From Piromyces finnis finn (lineage: Eukaryota > Fungi > Neocallimastigomycota), in assembly GCA_002104945.1 (NCBI GenBank), contig MCFH01000080.1:124001-188000 (forward strand): a stretch of 64,000 nucleotides of DNA. The letters run 5' to 3'. The translations under genes and the position numbers were made by a program. The notes below the pieces were generated by a model. The model made no database searches and was not told the DNA's origin. It saw only the letters and a program-made list of their open reading frames with translations. This document shows positions 45,005 through 57,036 of the stretch, in pieces. The stretch's first letter is position 1; every line of letters begins with the position of its first letter.

Positions 45005-48000
45005 ATGTCAGTCCTTTATATTAAAGATAAGAATTATATCAGACGTGGTACCCGGTCTTATGGTATCCCCTTAGATGATATTCGCTCCTTCTTTATCCGT
45101 GGTATTCGATCATGGTCAGTAAATATGCTATGGGAAAAACTCGAGGTTATTCTAGAAGATAAATTTAATTCAGTTATTAGTGTTAAATATTTTCAAACTT
45201 TCAATGATCACTTTTTCTTAGTCAAGGTTCATGGTTCATCAAAAGATTGTATTAAAATCTTACACATGTTAAAGAAGAAACTTTCAGTTACCTCAATTTC
45301 CTTTTCAGCTCGTAGTAGAAGGAATCACAAATACACTTTTTCCACTCTCAAACGTAAAATTTTAGTTTCTAATAAACATCAACATTCTATTCAACAATCA
45401 TTTCAACAATCAGTTCAACAATCAGTTCAACAATCTCATCAACAATCCGATCTTCAACAAGATCTTCAACAGGATCTTCAACAAGTTTCCCATCATGAAA
45501 ATATTCCAGATCTACAGCAAACACAATTTCAATCTCAACATTCAACAATTAATTCTAATAGTTCTATCAACTCTGATAACAGTTCAATAGTTGATAGTTC
45601 TTCAGTTTCACAGCCATCTAGTAATAGTTCTACTTATTCCTCTGATGCATCATCCATTAATAACGATGACTTTAATAATAATAATAATAGCAACGATTCT
45701 TCCTCATCCAACAAGCCTGATAACTTTTCTTTTTGTCTTAGTTGGAACACCAATGGGTGGAATCATGAAAAGAGAGATAGTATTAGCTATTTCACAGCTA
45801 TTTTCAAACCATTATTCTTATGTTTCCAAGAAACTGGTAATGGTTCTGGATCGAATACAGATTATCCTTGTCGTGTTACTTTGCGAAACTATAGACACTT
45901 TTTCAAGAAAGCTGACGAATCAGTTCCGGGAATGAGAGGTTTATATTTAGGTTTTCACAATTCGTGTCAAGCCTCACTTGAAAACTTCTCTGGAAAGTAT
46001 ATTATTTCTATTTATACTTTTAGTCTCTGGAATAGATTCAAATGCTCGATTGGAAATGTTTATATGCCTCATAGTCATCACAACATCTATGTTGATCATG
46101 CAAAGTTAGAAGTTCGCTTGTGGTTACAAACTCATTCATCCCATCCATCGATTCTTGTTGGTGATTTTAATATGTCTAAAGTAAAATTATCCAACTGGTT
46201 ATCAACTAATGGATTAGGAGATTGGGAAATTCTTCCGCTTAGAGGGTCTACTATCTCTTGGACTCGAGGTGATCAATCTTCCGACATTGACCATGCTCTT
46301 ATCAATTCGAAGATGAAAGATCTTATTCACTCAGGATCATTTATAAATAATTTTTATCCTGTATCAGACCATAAGCCACTTCTTATTAATGGTAAAATTA
46401 TTCCTATGGAAGATTTTTCTAATGACTTTAATGTTCCTAAGAAAATTCTGAAATGGAATAGATTAAAATGTATTGAGGAAAAGGAATCTATTATCAGTCA
46501 TAATAAATTCCAAATTCTTTCAGCAAAATTCAACGATCCTAATGTTTCTACAGATGAACTTTCCAAAGAGTTTACTTCAACTGCTTTTTCAATTGCAGAC
46601 GAGCTCAGTATTACTTCAGCAAATAATGTTATAAAGTCTTCATTTCATATTTCACAACAAATTTTTAATCTCCAAAAAATCAAAATGAAGTTGTATAAGA
46701 GATTTAAAAAAGAAAGAATTTATGATATAGATGAATTTATTAAAAGAATTAAAATCTACCGTAAGCTCATTGATTACATCCACAAAAGATGTAATGAATT
46801 TAGGAAACAAGAATATCTTCATTGGATTAAAACAGGATGTGAGTATATGAAGAGTCATAATCCTAAGAAGGCCTGGAAATGGATCAAGAAAACTGCAAAA
46901 ATTGGAAAAGATTCTTTCTTTATTGCTCAACCAATTAAAAATAAAAATGGAGAATTAGTTGTTGCTACGGAAGAACAACTAGATGTGTGGCATGATCATT
47001 TCGAAAAGCTTGCATCAGATCCAAGTGGTGTAAGTCTTGATTTGGAGCATTGGTATGAAGAACCAACGAATAAACGTTTTTCACTCCCTATGCTTGATGA
47101 ATGGGATATCAACCAAGATATTAGTATTGATGAAGTCAAGTCAGCTATCCTCTCTACTCCGAATTATAAAGCATCAGGTCCGGATGGTATTCCAATTGAA
47201 TTTTACAAAGCATTAATTCCATCAAGTAATGATTCTAATAATGCTACAGATAATAATTCTTCCGGTAATACCACTTCAGATAATGATGCTTATGGTTTAA
47301 ATTTTATTCTTAAATTATTCAACCGTACTTGGAATGGAGATTTCCCCAACTCATGGAATGAATCCAGTATTGTTTCTATTCCTAAGAAGGGAGATTTGAC
47401 AGATTGTGATAACTATCGAGGTATATCACTTATCAATAATGGTATTAAGTTGATTTCCAAAATTGTCACCACTAGAATCTCAGAATATGGTCTAAAGAAT
47501 AATTTCATTAGACCTGAACAATTTGGTTTTCGAAAAAAGGAAGAAAGTATCAGTCTTTTCATTTCAATCCAAGAAATATGCCGTAGACGTCAATTAGATA
47601 ATAAAGAGACATATTTGGCCTTTTTAGATCTCAGGAAAGCATACGATTCAGTCCCAATCGGTAATATTCTCCATAAATTAGATTGTTTAGGAATCCGAGG
47701 TAAGAGTTTACAATTCATCAAAAATTTATATTTAACATCTAAGGCTAATGTCAAATTAGATGGACAATTCTCGAAATCTTTTGATGTGAAGAAAGGAGTC
47801 CGTCAAGGATGCCCTCTTTCTCCTATTCTCTTTAATCTCTTTATTAATGATATATTTAAAGAGTGTGAAGATCTCGGAGTCAGTTTAGGTGACACTCGAT
47901 GCTGTGGTGGACTTTTTGCAGATGATATAGTTATTTGTGCTCCAACAAGAGGATGCTTAAAAAAGATGCTTAGAAGAGTTAATGAATGGGCATTGTATAA

Positions 48001-49540
48001 TGAAATGGAATTTGGTATCCAGAAGTGTTCAACGATGGTGATTCGTCCTGAATCAATAGAAAATCAGAACAAGAGAGATCCAACATTTTACTTAGCAGGA
48101 CAACCCATTCCAACTACTGATTGTTATACTTATCTTGGTGTTCCATTTGATAAGAATCTGTCCCTTAAACCAGTTATTAAAGCTCTTAATAACAAGGTTT
48201 TGAAAGGGCTTTTTTCAGTCAGTAAATTCTTAAGAAATCCTAATATTCCTATTCCCTTCAAAAAGCTAGTACTTAACTCACAAGTGATTAGCAGAGTTTC
48301 ATACTTTGCACCATTACTTGGATCCAACAAAGCCAGGTCTAGAATTGCACAGAAGCATGTTAACAAAGGAATACGATGGGTTGCCGGAGTTCATAAAGCT
48401 GTATCGTTTATATCTTTATACTCTATCTCAAAAGATTTGAATATTCCTCCATTGTCAGCCAAATGTGCATTAGCTCAGGTTAGATGTTTTAACAAATGGA
48501 AAAACTCAAATTGTATTATCTCACACCTTGTCAATTACATTCCTAAATTTAGAAAATACACGTGGTGCAAATCAAGTAGGACACTTGATAAAAAACTAAA
48601 GAAGCATGGAGATGTTAAAGCAATTAAAAACTTTTATTGGAAAGATCTCAAAGGGAATTCAATCAAAGCGCAATATTATGATGATAATAAATTTATTGAA
48701 ACTAAAGATTTTATTAAATTATGTTATGAGTACCCAGAGTTTGCCTATGGCTTCTACTGGCTATTGAAAGCAAGAAGCGGATACAAGTTGGATGCTAGAG
48801 TTGCCAAAGCTGCTAAATTTGTTGATCCAGTTTGTCCTAACTACTGTCCATGTTGCAAGTGTGGAGATCAAAGTATTAAACATTGGTTATTAGATTGTCC
48901 AACATTTAGAGATATCCGTATTAAACATTATGATTCTATAGTCCAGCTATTAAATTTTTTCAGTCAACGTAATTCCAATAGTCCTATCAATAATAATGAA
49001 ATTGATAATATCAGTAGAGATAGTAATAACATTAATAGTAATAGTAACAATAGTAATAATAACAATAGTAATAGTAACAATAGTAATAGTAACAATAGTA
49101 ATAATAACAATAATAGAAATAATAATATTAGTAATGATAGCAATAGTGAAGATAATAATTCTAATTTAGATAGTAATTTAGTTAATGATAGTAATAGTTC
49201 TAATAATCCGGTGAATATTAATGTGTATGATTATTCTAGTGTGTGCAGTGAAATATTTAAATTCCTTCTTGGGGGAAAAAGTTTTAACAATATTAATTAC
49301 AATTCCAGGGAATGGAAAGAACTTTGTAAGCGTCAGATTCAATCTGGTACTAACGAAGGAACACCATTCTTGACGGTAACCGCGGAACTTCTAACCAAAA
49401 TCATGCCTTTTGCTATTGGCCAGCAATGGTCAATGTTCAAAAGGTTTGAAGCAACATCCAAGAGCGTCAATGCTGAAGAAACAGTAAGACAGGCCAGGAG
49501 GGCCAGCGCAACCAATGGAGATCATAATTTTGTTCCATGA
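45005..49540 (+). CDS. LINE polyprotein: RRM-like N-terminus, apurinic endonuclease, reverse transcriptase, CCHC zinc knuckle
   Basis: APE motifs SWNTNG, CFQET, GDFNM, IDH, SDHKP. RT motifs ASGPDG, YRGISL, QFGFR, FLDLRKAYD, GVRQGCPLSP, FADD, YLG. Zinc knuckle CPCC...HWLLDC. Confidence 0.96.
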   Translation: MSVLYIKDKNYIRRGTRSYGIPLDDIRSFFIRGIRSWSVNMLWEKLEVILEDKFNSVISVKYFQTFNDHFFLVKVHGSSKDCIKILHMLKKKLSVTSISFSARSRRNHKYTFSTLKRKILVSNKHQHSIQQSFQQSVQQSVQQSHQQSDLQQDLQQDLQQVSHHENIPDLQQTQFQSQHSTINSNSSINSDNSSIVDSSSVSQPSSNSSTYSSDASSINNDDFNNNNNSNDSSSSNKPDNFSFCLSWNTNGWNHEKRDSISYFTAIFKPLFLCFQETGNGSGSNTDYPCRVTLRNYRHFFKKADESVPGMRGLYLGFHNSCQASLENFSGKYIISIYTFSLWNRFKCSIGNVYMPHSHHNIYVDHAKLEVRLWLQTHSSHPSILVGDFNMSKVKLSNWLSTNGLGDWEILPLRGSTISWTRGDQSSDIDHALINSKMKDLIHSGSFINNFYPVSDHKPLLINGKIIPMEDFSNDFNVPKKILKWNRLKCIEEKESIISHNKFQILSAKFNDPNVSTDELSKEFTSTAFSIADELSITSANNVIKSSFHISQQIFNLQKIKMKLYKRFKKERIYDIDEFIKRIKIYRKLIDYIHKRCNEFRKQEYLHWIKTGCEYMKSHNPKKAWKWIKKTAKIGKDSFFIAQPIKNKNGELVVATEEQLDVWHDHFEKLASDPSGVSLDLEHWYEEPTNKRFSLPMLDEWDINQDISIDEVKSAILSTPNYKASGPDGIPIEFYKALIPSSNDSNNATDNNSSGNTTSDNDAYGLNFILKLFNRTWNGDFPNSWNESSIVSIPKKGDLTDCDNYRGISLINNGIKLISKIVTTRISEYGLKNNFIRPEQFGFRKKEESISLFISIQEICRRRQLDNKETYLAFLDLRKAYDSVPIGNILHKLDCLGIRGKSLQFIKNLYLTSKANVKLDGQFSKSFDVKKGVRQGCPLSPILFNLFINDIFKECEDLGVSLGDTRCCGGLFADDIVICAPTRGCLKKMLRRVNEWALYNEMEFGIQKCSTMVIRPESIENQNKRDPTFYLAGQPIPTTDCYTYLGVPFDKNLSLKPVIKALNNKVLKGLFSVSKFLRNPNIPIPFKKLVLNSQVISRVSYFAPLLGSNKARSRIAQKHVNKGIRWVAGVHKAVSFISLYSISKDLNIPPLSAKCALAQVRCFNKWKNSNCIISHLVNYIPKFRKYTWCKSSRTLDKKLKKHGDVKAIKNFYWKDLKGNSIKAQYYDDNKFIETKDFIKLCYEYPEFAYGFYWLLKARSGYKLDARVAKAAKFVDPVCPNYCPCCKCGDQSIKHWLLDCPTFRDIRIKHYDSIVQLLNFFSQRNSNSPINNNEIDNISRDSNNINSNSNNSNNNNSNSNNSNSNNSNNNNNRNNNISNDSNSEDNNSNLDSNLVNDSNSSNNPVNINVYDYSSVCSEIFKFLLGGKSFNNINYNSREWKELCKRQIQSGTNEGTPFLTVTAELLTKIMPFAIGQQWSMFKRFEATSKSVNAEETVRQARRASATNGDHNFVP

Positions 49541-49775
49541 TAAAATTTCGATCTTTGGCTCGGTGTCCCATTGGAAGTCAAATACAATTATTATACTTTA
49601 GTATGATAGTGGCTTTCTTACTTTAATTAAAATTACTAGAATACATTATACCCAATTTTTATTCATTTGTGTTTATTTAAACATATTTTTTTTATTTTTA
49701 TTTTATTTTAATTTTTATATTTCATGTATTATAATTTTAATTAAATTAATAATAAAGTTTAAAATATTTGATGCC

Positions 49776-49820
<45 letters not shown>

Positions 49821-49822
<2 letters not shown>

Positions 49823-50059
49823 ACTCATGCTCATGGTACTGAGAGAGTAGAAAGAATTAAATCCAAGTATTGCGCAATGGATGCTTCCCTCTTGGGTACG
49901 TGCCTTCATTTATTTAATAAATGTAGTTTCTCAAGGGGGTCTACTCATGCTCATGGTACTGAGAGAGTAGGAAGAATTAAATCCAAGTATTGCGCAATGG
50001 ATACTTGGTTAGTCTTTATTTGGAAATATTATTAGGACTAAGCTCATGGTACTGAGCGA
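49821..50059 (+). repeat. Structured hairpin cassette B: partial unit, full unit and terminal module, directly after the element 1 poly(A)
   Basis: Near-identical to 44171-44409. Similarity ends at the same CTGAGCGA point. Confidence 0.92.
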
Positions 50060-51297
50060 ACAGAGTTGATAATTTGAGTGTTAGTTGTTATATCATATAT
50101 CCCTTACACCTTCAACTTATTTTTTAGATAGTAGTTGCTTTAACAACTTTTATAACATATTATTTTAAACTTAAAATTGTTTGATTCGGTAGTATTAAAT
50201 ACTGATTTTGAATATTTCTTGATTTCATTTTTATTTTAGCTTTCATCGATAATTTGTTATCCCAGTTTACTACTTATTCTCTTTGTTCTTTTATTCCTTT
50301 TTTATTCTTTATATGTTGATTAGTCAGATAGTTTTGTTTTTTCAGTTAGTTTGTTATTCCTTTCATTTATTCTTGAGTTTCGTGTGGGGTGCGGCTTTCA
50401 TTACTATAATCATATTTAATCTTTTATTTTTTTTTCTATTTTTATTATTTTCGAGGGGCGCGGCTTTTTTATTTTTCCTTTATGATTTTATATGATTCTA
50501 GTAATATCTTTTTTTATTTCTTATTTTTTTTGTAACTCTAGATTTTCCAAGGAATCTCTTTTCTACTAACATTCTTTTGTATACTTTTTCTATCTCTTTT
50601 CTATATATATATATATTTCTTATACCTTATATTATATGTATATTTATATATCTGTATAACTTAATTAGGTTTATTATGGACTATTATGGTAAGTATTAAC
50701 ACCTTTTTTTTCTTTAACATTTTTATTATCAAAGCTTCTATCCTGGAAAATCGAGTATTCTATTTTTATATTGTAAATACTACTCTTGTTTCAATTTTAT
50801 CTTTTAAAAAAAAAAAAAAATTTATTATGTTTACCCAAAATTCTTCAACTTTTTTTCCATTATTTTTGATATAACAACTTTTCACTCTTATTATCTCTCT
50901 ACCTTACAACATAAACAACCCAAATGAATGTTCAATTTCAACAATCAGAATCAACACAATACAATAATCATCCAATAAATTATACAATTCTTATAAATAT
51001 AAAGAGCTTTCAAAATACAGTTATAATACAGAAATCCAAAGTGATAGATATTCAAAATTTATCTTCCCGTTTAAAGTCTTCAGTAGAGTTGGAACTAAGT
51101 TTGTCAACAACTTAGCCACTTTTCCAGTTATAAAATTTAAAATATTGTTTGACAAATAATCCACTAGCTATATAATATATCCGTCTTTATTATTATTATT
51201 TTTATTTTACTATTTATTTTATTTCATTATCTTATTTATATTATTATATCAATACTTCAAATTATTAATATCTATTGTCATAATAAGTTCTTTCAAA

Positions 51298-53842
51298 ATG
51301 AACAATACCAATTGTACTGTACCTACCTTACGACGTGGTCTTCGTTTCTTCGGATCTAACTCCAATAAATCATATCTAATTTTTATCCATGATCTTAGTT
51401 CATGGTCCAAACAACGACTAATGGAATTTCTTTTAAAGACATTCAACCCTTCAATGATATTCTTCAATCCCTCACCAAAAAATATTCACAATCACTCGGT
51501 ACCTATTTCATTCTAAAAGTCAATGGAAAATGCCCGCTTAAAGCCATGTTACTTATACACTCACTTTCTAAAAAACTCCCAATCTCTAGTAAAATATCTT
51601 GGAAATTCATTGATAAGCTCAAAAACAATAGATCATACAAAAGCAAACGATCTATCAAATCCACTACTGGTCCACTCTCTGACGATTTCTATTTTAGTCA
51701 TCTAAGCTCTAATGCTTCCTTTTTCAACTTATGTACTTGTTGGAACATCAATGGTTGGAACCCGGAGAAAAAGGACGGTGTTTTATACTTCGTCTCTGTT
51801 TTCAAACCTGTATGTGTCTGTCTTCAAGAAGTAGGTAACAGCCAATTCCTCTCTGGTAATGCAATTTCCTCCCCATGCCTACCGAACTATAAACCAGTAC
51901 ACAGACGTGCTAATCCTAAAGTTCCAGGTATGAGAGGACTTTACATTGGTGTTCATAACTCTTGTTCCTTTACTCCTGAACCTCTTCTATATAAGTACAT
52001 CATTTCAGTTACAATACTGTCATTTTGGAACCAGAGATGTACCATCGGTAATATTTACTTCCCGCAAACTAGATGGCCGGATGCTAGATTAATTGCCTTT
52101 GATGAACTTGATAAGTGGTTAACAACGCATAACAAATTCAACCACCCAGCTATCCTTGTAGGAGACTTTAATATGTCAGCTATTAAAATCAAATCTTATA
52201 TATCACAACACTTCCCGGATTGGACTATGGCTGAGTTAACTGGTAATAATTTTACCTGGGAAAAAGGATCTAAATCTTCATGCATTGATCATATTATATA
52301 CAACAAAGCTATGACAGAACACATAAACAAATCTTCAGTATGCGAAGTTTTTCACAATGTTTCTGATCACAAACCGATCCTTGTGTCTTGTAAAAAAGAC
52401 TCTTCTGATGGTTTCAAAAAGCCTAAGAAGACCTTTAAGTGGTCAAGTCATATCTGTAACACAAAGTGTTCTGACATTCTTACTAGTAATCGCTTTGCTG
52501 TTCTAGCTTCCGAGCTTGAAGCTAATTGCGATAGCCTTTCGGCTGACGATATGGTTTCAAAATTTTTAGATACTTCCAAAACTATAAGTAAAGAAATAAA
52601 AGCCATTGTGCCTGCAGATTTAAAAGGTCCAGCATTCCATTGCCCTCAATACATCAAAAACTTATCACATGAAAAACACCTGGCTTACAAAAATATTAAG
52701 CCCCTTTCAGATTGCGCTGACATGGAAAATTATCTTAACCAGTTCTCCATATACCAAAATCTATGTAATACCATCAAAAAGGGTTAAGAGTAAATTCAGA
52801 TCCAATCTCTATAAAGCTAATATTGTTTAGTTTCTATCGGTAAACATTTTATTGATAAAAGCTTTAGACAAGGTTGGAAAGGCCTTAAAAAACTTGCCAA
52901 ACCAAGTTATTCGTCCTCCCATGTTTCAACTATTAAGGACAAGAATGGCAAGGATTTATTTACTCCTCAAGAACAATTAAAACGTTGGGCTGAACATTAT
53001 GAAAATCTTGCATCTGATGTTACAAATCACAGCTTAAATCGTGGTTACTGGGAAAGAGCCTTCCAATTCAACCATATCAATCAAATAGCATGGGATATAA
53101 ATGGTCCCATTTCTATTGAGGAAATTAGAAATGTTGTTCTGTCAATGAAGAATAACAAGGCTCCAGGTCCCGATGGTATCCCAATTGAATTTTTCAAAGC
53201 TTTCTTTTGTAACGAAGAACTGGAGAAAGAACATAAGTCTGCTGGAAATTGTCTTAAATTAATTTTTAATAAAATCTGGAATGGTTCCTTTCCTTTGAAA
53301 TGGAACTCTGCTTCCATTGTTTCTATTCCAAAGAAAGGCGATCTTTCAGACTGTAATAATTATCGTGGTATTTCTCTCATCAATGTAGGTCTTAAAATTA
53401 TTTCAAAAATTGTAACTAATAGAATTTCAAAGTATGCTCTTTCTCATAATTTTATAAGACCTGAGCAATTTGGTTTTCGCAATTAATTCAACAATCTCAT
53501 CAACATTTAGATCAAATACAGAGTATCCTTGTCGTGTTACCTTACGAAACTATAGACATAAAAATTTACAATTCATCAAAAATTTGTATTTAACATAAGG
53601 CTAATGTCAAATTAGATGGACAATTCTCGAAATCTTTTAATAAAGTTTAAAAATATTTGATGCTGTTAAAAAAAAAAATACTTCATATGTAGAGGATCTC
53701 GCGGCTTTTCTTACTAAAACAATCCCTATCATTAGTAGCTCAATGGAGCTTCTTTTTAATAGATTTAGTAAGATATCTAGTGTAATAAAGAGCGCCGACG
53801 TCCTATCGATATGGCAAAGGAACATTCTTAATATTCAATAGA
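51298..53842 (+). pseudogene. Decayed ORF of a second, divergent APE-type LINE (element 2), with frameshift, stops and loss of most of the RT
   Basis: LRRGLRFFG...SWS, then a frameshift near 51420 into YFILKVNG...CWNINGW...GDFNM...SDHKP. Stop at 52785, then APGPDG...YRGISL...QFGFRN. After an interruption the C-terminus resumes (YVEDLAAFLTKTIP...LFNRF, resembling element 1 FLTVTAELLTKIMP...MFKRF). Confidence 0.88.
53487..53678 (+). mobile_element. About 190-bp mosaic derivative of the element 1 family, with poly(A), inserted in element 2
   Basis: Four colinear pieces matching 45426-45444, 45849-45897, 47701-47782 and the 3' terminus near 49751-49790. Confidence 0.85.
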
Positions 53843-54187
53843 CAGGGTTCAATGCTAGTATTTCTTCGAATGAAAACATTTTGAGCTCATGGGAGAGCTT
53901 AGTGAACACCACACTATCATACCTGATATTACTTCCCTTTTTTATTTCATTAGGTAGGGACCAATCCTACACAGTACGAATTGCAGAGTTCATTGAACTT
54001 TTATGTAACTTTAATAATTATTTTATTTTATTTTATATTTATATTTATACATATATTATTATTATATTATTATATCAATATGTATTATTATCTAATATAA
54101 TCACAAATTAAATAAATAAATACAAGAAGTATATTCTCTTCCTAATCTAAAAAAAATACTAAAGAAACAGTATGATAAGTTGGTAGA

Positions 54188-54401
54188 ATTATACTTTCGT
54201 ATAATAGTGGCTTTCTCACTTTAACTAAAGTTACTACAATATTCAATTTTTATTCATTTGTGTTTATTTAAACTTTTTTTTTTTTTAATTTTTATTTTTT
54301 TTATTTTTATTTTTATTTTTTATAGCATGTATTATAATTTTAATTAAATTAATAATAAAGTTTAGTAATATTTGATGCTGTTAAAAAAAAAAAAAAAAAA
54401 A
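54188..54401 (+). mobile_element. 5'-truncated 3'-UTR and poly(A) copy of the element 1 family
   Basis: Matches 49590-49820 and ends GATGCTGTT-A19. A further diverged fragment of the element 1 ORF end follows at about 54420-54455. Confidence 0.85.
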
Positions 54402-55521
54402 GGTAAGTAGAATCAAAGTAGCCAATGTAATTATAACTTTGTTCCATAATAAAAACTGGATTTTATTTAAAGTCATAAACAATCACTACAGCTAATATTG
54501 TACTCAAGTATAATGACTTTTTTATATAAATTACTAAAATAATTAAATCAAATTTTTATTTATTTATATTTAATGGTGTGTCTTAATTACAAATTTAATA
54601 TAATAAGTAATCTATAATTTTTATTGCAAATAAAACTATTTATTTTCACTATTTTGCCTAGGAATTGAAGGATTACAAATATTATTTATAAAGATTTTAT
54701 TACAAATATTAAATTTATATATTATTTTTAAATTTATCAAATAAAAAAAGTATTCGTTTTAATATTTTTTAAAATATTATAAACATTAATATTATTATAT
54801 ATATTTTAAAAAATCAATTTAAAGTTTTGCCTTTGTAAATTAAATATTAAGAAAAAAAAAAAAAAAAATTAATTATCTTATTTCATAACCCTTAGTATAA
54901 GAAGGTTAGAATAATATAATATTTTTTCAATTGTTAAATTTATGGAATTATTTAAGTTTACATTTTTTTATCCAACAAAAACATTGATTATATATTAATG
55001 CATGTGATCTATTTGAAATTTTGATCTTGAATTATCCACTTTTTTATTGTCCAACAAAAATTAATATGCCATGTGTATTAATTTGTATTTATTATAAATA
55101 ATAATATTTAAGGAAAAATAAAACAAAAAATTGAAACATTTAATATAATATCGAGTTTTATTTTTTTTTAAAAAATACCATTTTAATAAAAATAATTATA
55201 GCATTTATAATTTTGAGTTTAATAGAAAGTAATCCTTGCTATTTTAGTTTTATATATTTTGTAATTATTATGGAAATATGATAGTTTTTTTTTATTAATA
55301 AAATTATAGTTTTAATATTATTATACCCAAATCATACATATTTAAATTTTCTATTTGTTTTTAACATCATTGCTTAAATTAAAATTTAGAAATCTGGGCA
55401 TAGTTATTTTTATTAGCATTTTTATGTCATTAATAATAAAGATAGTGACAATAAAAAGAGAAATTAATATTATTTTAATACCACATTAAAAATAGTATAT
55501 TGGAAATTTATAAAATTGTCA

Positions 55522-55564
<43 letters not shown>

Positions 55565-56163
55565 TAAATAATGTTACTTTGTGAATTATATATTCATTAT
55601 ATTTACCATAATAAATTTAAAATCTTGTTTCATAGTTTTTTCATTTGTATTTATATAGAATATATTAAACTCGAAATATTTGTTTTGATGTATTTTTTTT
55701 TTCATTAATAATGTTATTGAGTATTATTTTTATTAAAAATTCTAATAAGCCTTTAAAAAATATTATTATAGGCAATAATGTTACTTTTTAATTTCATTTA
55801 GGTATTAAGATTTAAGAATAATATTTAATTGTAAATTATTTTTAACTTCAAAGTTTATATTTAACTTTTATTACATTTCTTTTTTCTTTTCTTTTTTTTT
55901 TTTAATACTACTACTACTACTAATAAATTAAATATAAAAAATATTTAAATATAAAATAAATTTTATAATTTTATAAAACATAATAATAATTTTATCCCTA
56001 ATAATGAATTAAAAATCAATTATTAAATTAATATAAATATTTATTTTAGTTAGTTCGTTCGTATAGTTTATTATACCTAAAAAAAAAAAAGTTCTATAAA
56101 TTTAATGCCATTATTTATTTGAAATATTTATTATGGAATTTATTATAGATAATATCAAAGGAG

Positions 56164-56291
<128 letters not shown>

Positions 56292-57005
56292 TTCAAAAAA
56301 AAAAAAAAAAAAAAAACGGAAATTATATTAATCGATTAATTCTCACACCTTTTCAGTTTATTTAAATACTTTTATTTTATTGGTAGATATTTCAATAAAT
56401 CTATATTGAATAATTTATTATATATAATATATTTATTTTATATGCTATATTAATTTTTTAGATTCAATTTAACTCTTAGATATTTTTTTTATAAGGCATG
56501 CTTTATGCTTTGAATACCTTTCTTATTATTGTTGCATTTAATAATTAATTTGTGAAATTTAATTTGATGATTAGATTGGTGCTTTTTTCCTGTAAAATAC
56601 TTTCTTTTTCTGATATCAAATATATAACTATATGCTTCGATCTATTTTTATATATACAGTAATATATAATCATCAATTAAATAATAAATAATAAAGGGTC
56701 TAAAATAAACTATAGCTACCTTTATATAACTAATAAGAAAGTATTTATATATTACAATGAAATACTTGTGAATTTAAAATTGGATTTAACTTGAAAATAA
56801 TATAGCACTTTTTTAAATATTTTAAATATTACACATCTTTAATCATCTTTTAAAGATGTAATAATTAAAAAAATTTTGATTTATTAAAAAATATATATTA
56901 AATATTTAATTTACAATTTTATTTATTATCAAAATATTCTATTTATATATTAATTATATATATTACATTACACATTATATATATTAATAAAAAAAATAAA
57001 AATCA

Positions 57006-57036
<31 letters not shown>

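Larger units (their letters stand above)
44112..49820 (+). mobile_element. Full-length, apparently intact APE-type non-LTR retrotransposon (element 1)
   Basis: 5' cassette, ~600-bp leader, single 1511-aa ORF, 3' UTR and a 42-nt poly(A) at 49779-49820. No clear TSD was found. Confidence 0.93.

Noticed and set aside
44112-50059. Cassettes A and B as LTRs, or the repeats as a CRISPR array
   Set aside because: The element ends in poly(A), encodes APE-RT with no gag, protease or integrase, and lacks TG...CA termini or a PBS. The units have no unique spacers and there are no cas genes.
44075-54137. AAGTATATTCT at 44081 and about 54127 as a target-site duplication
   Set aside because: The second copy does not follow a poly(A) end, and an 11-mer this AT-rich can recur by chance.
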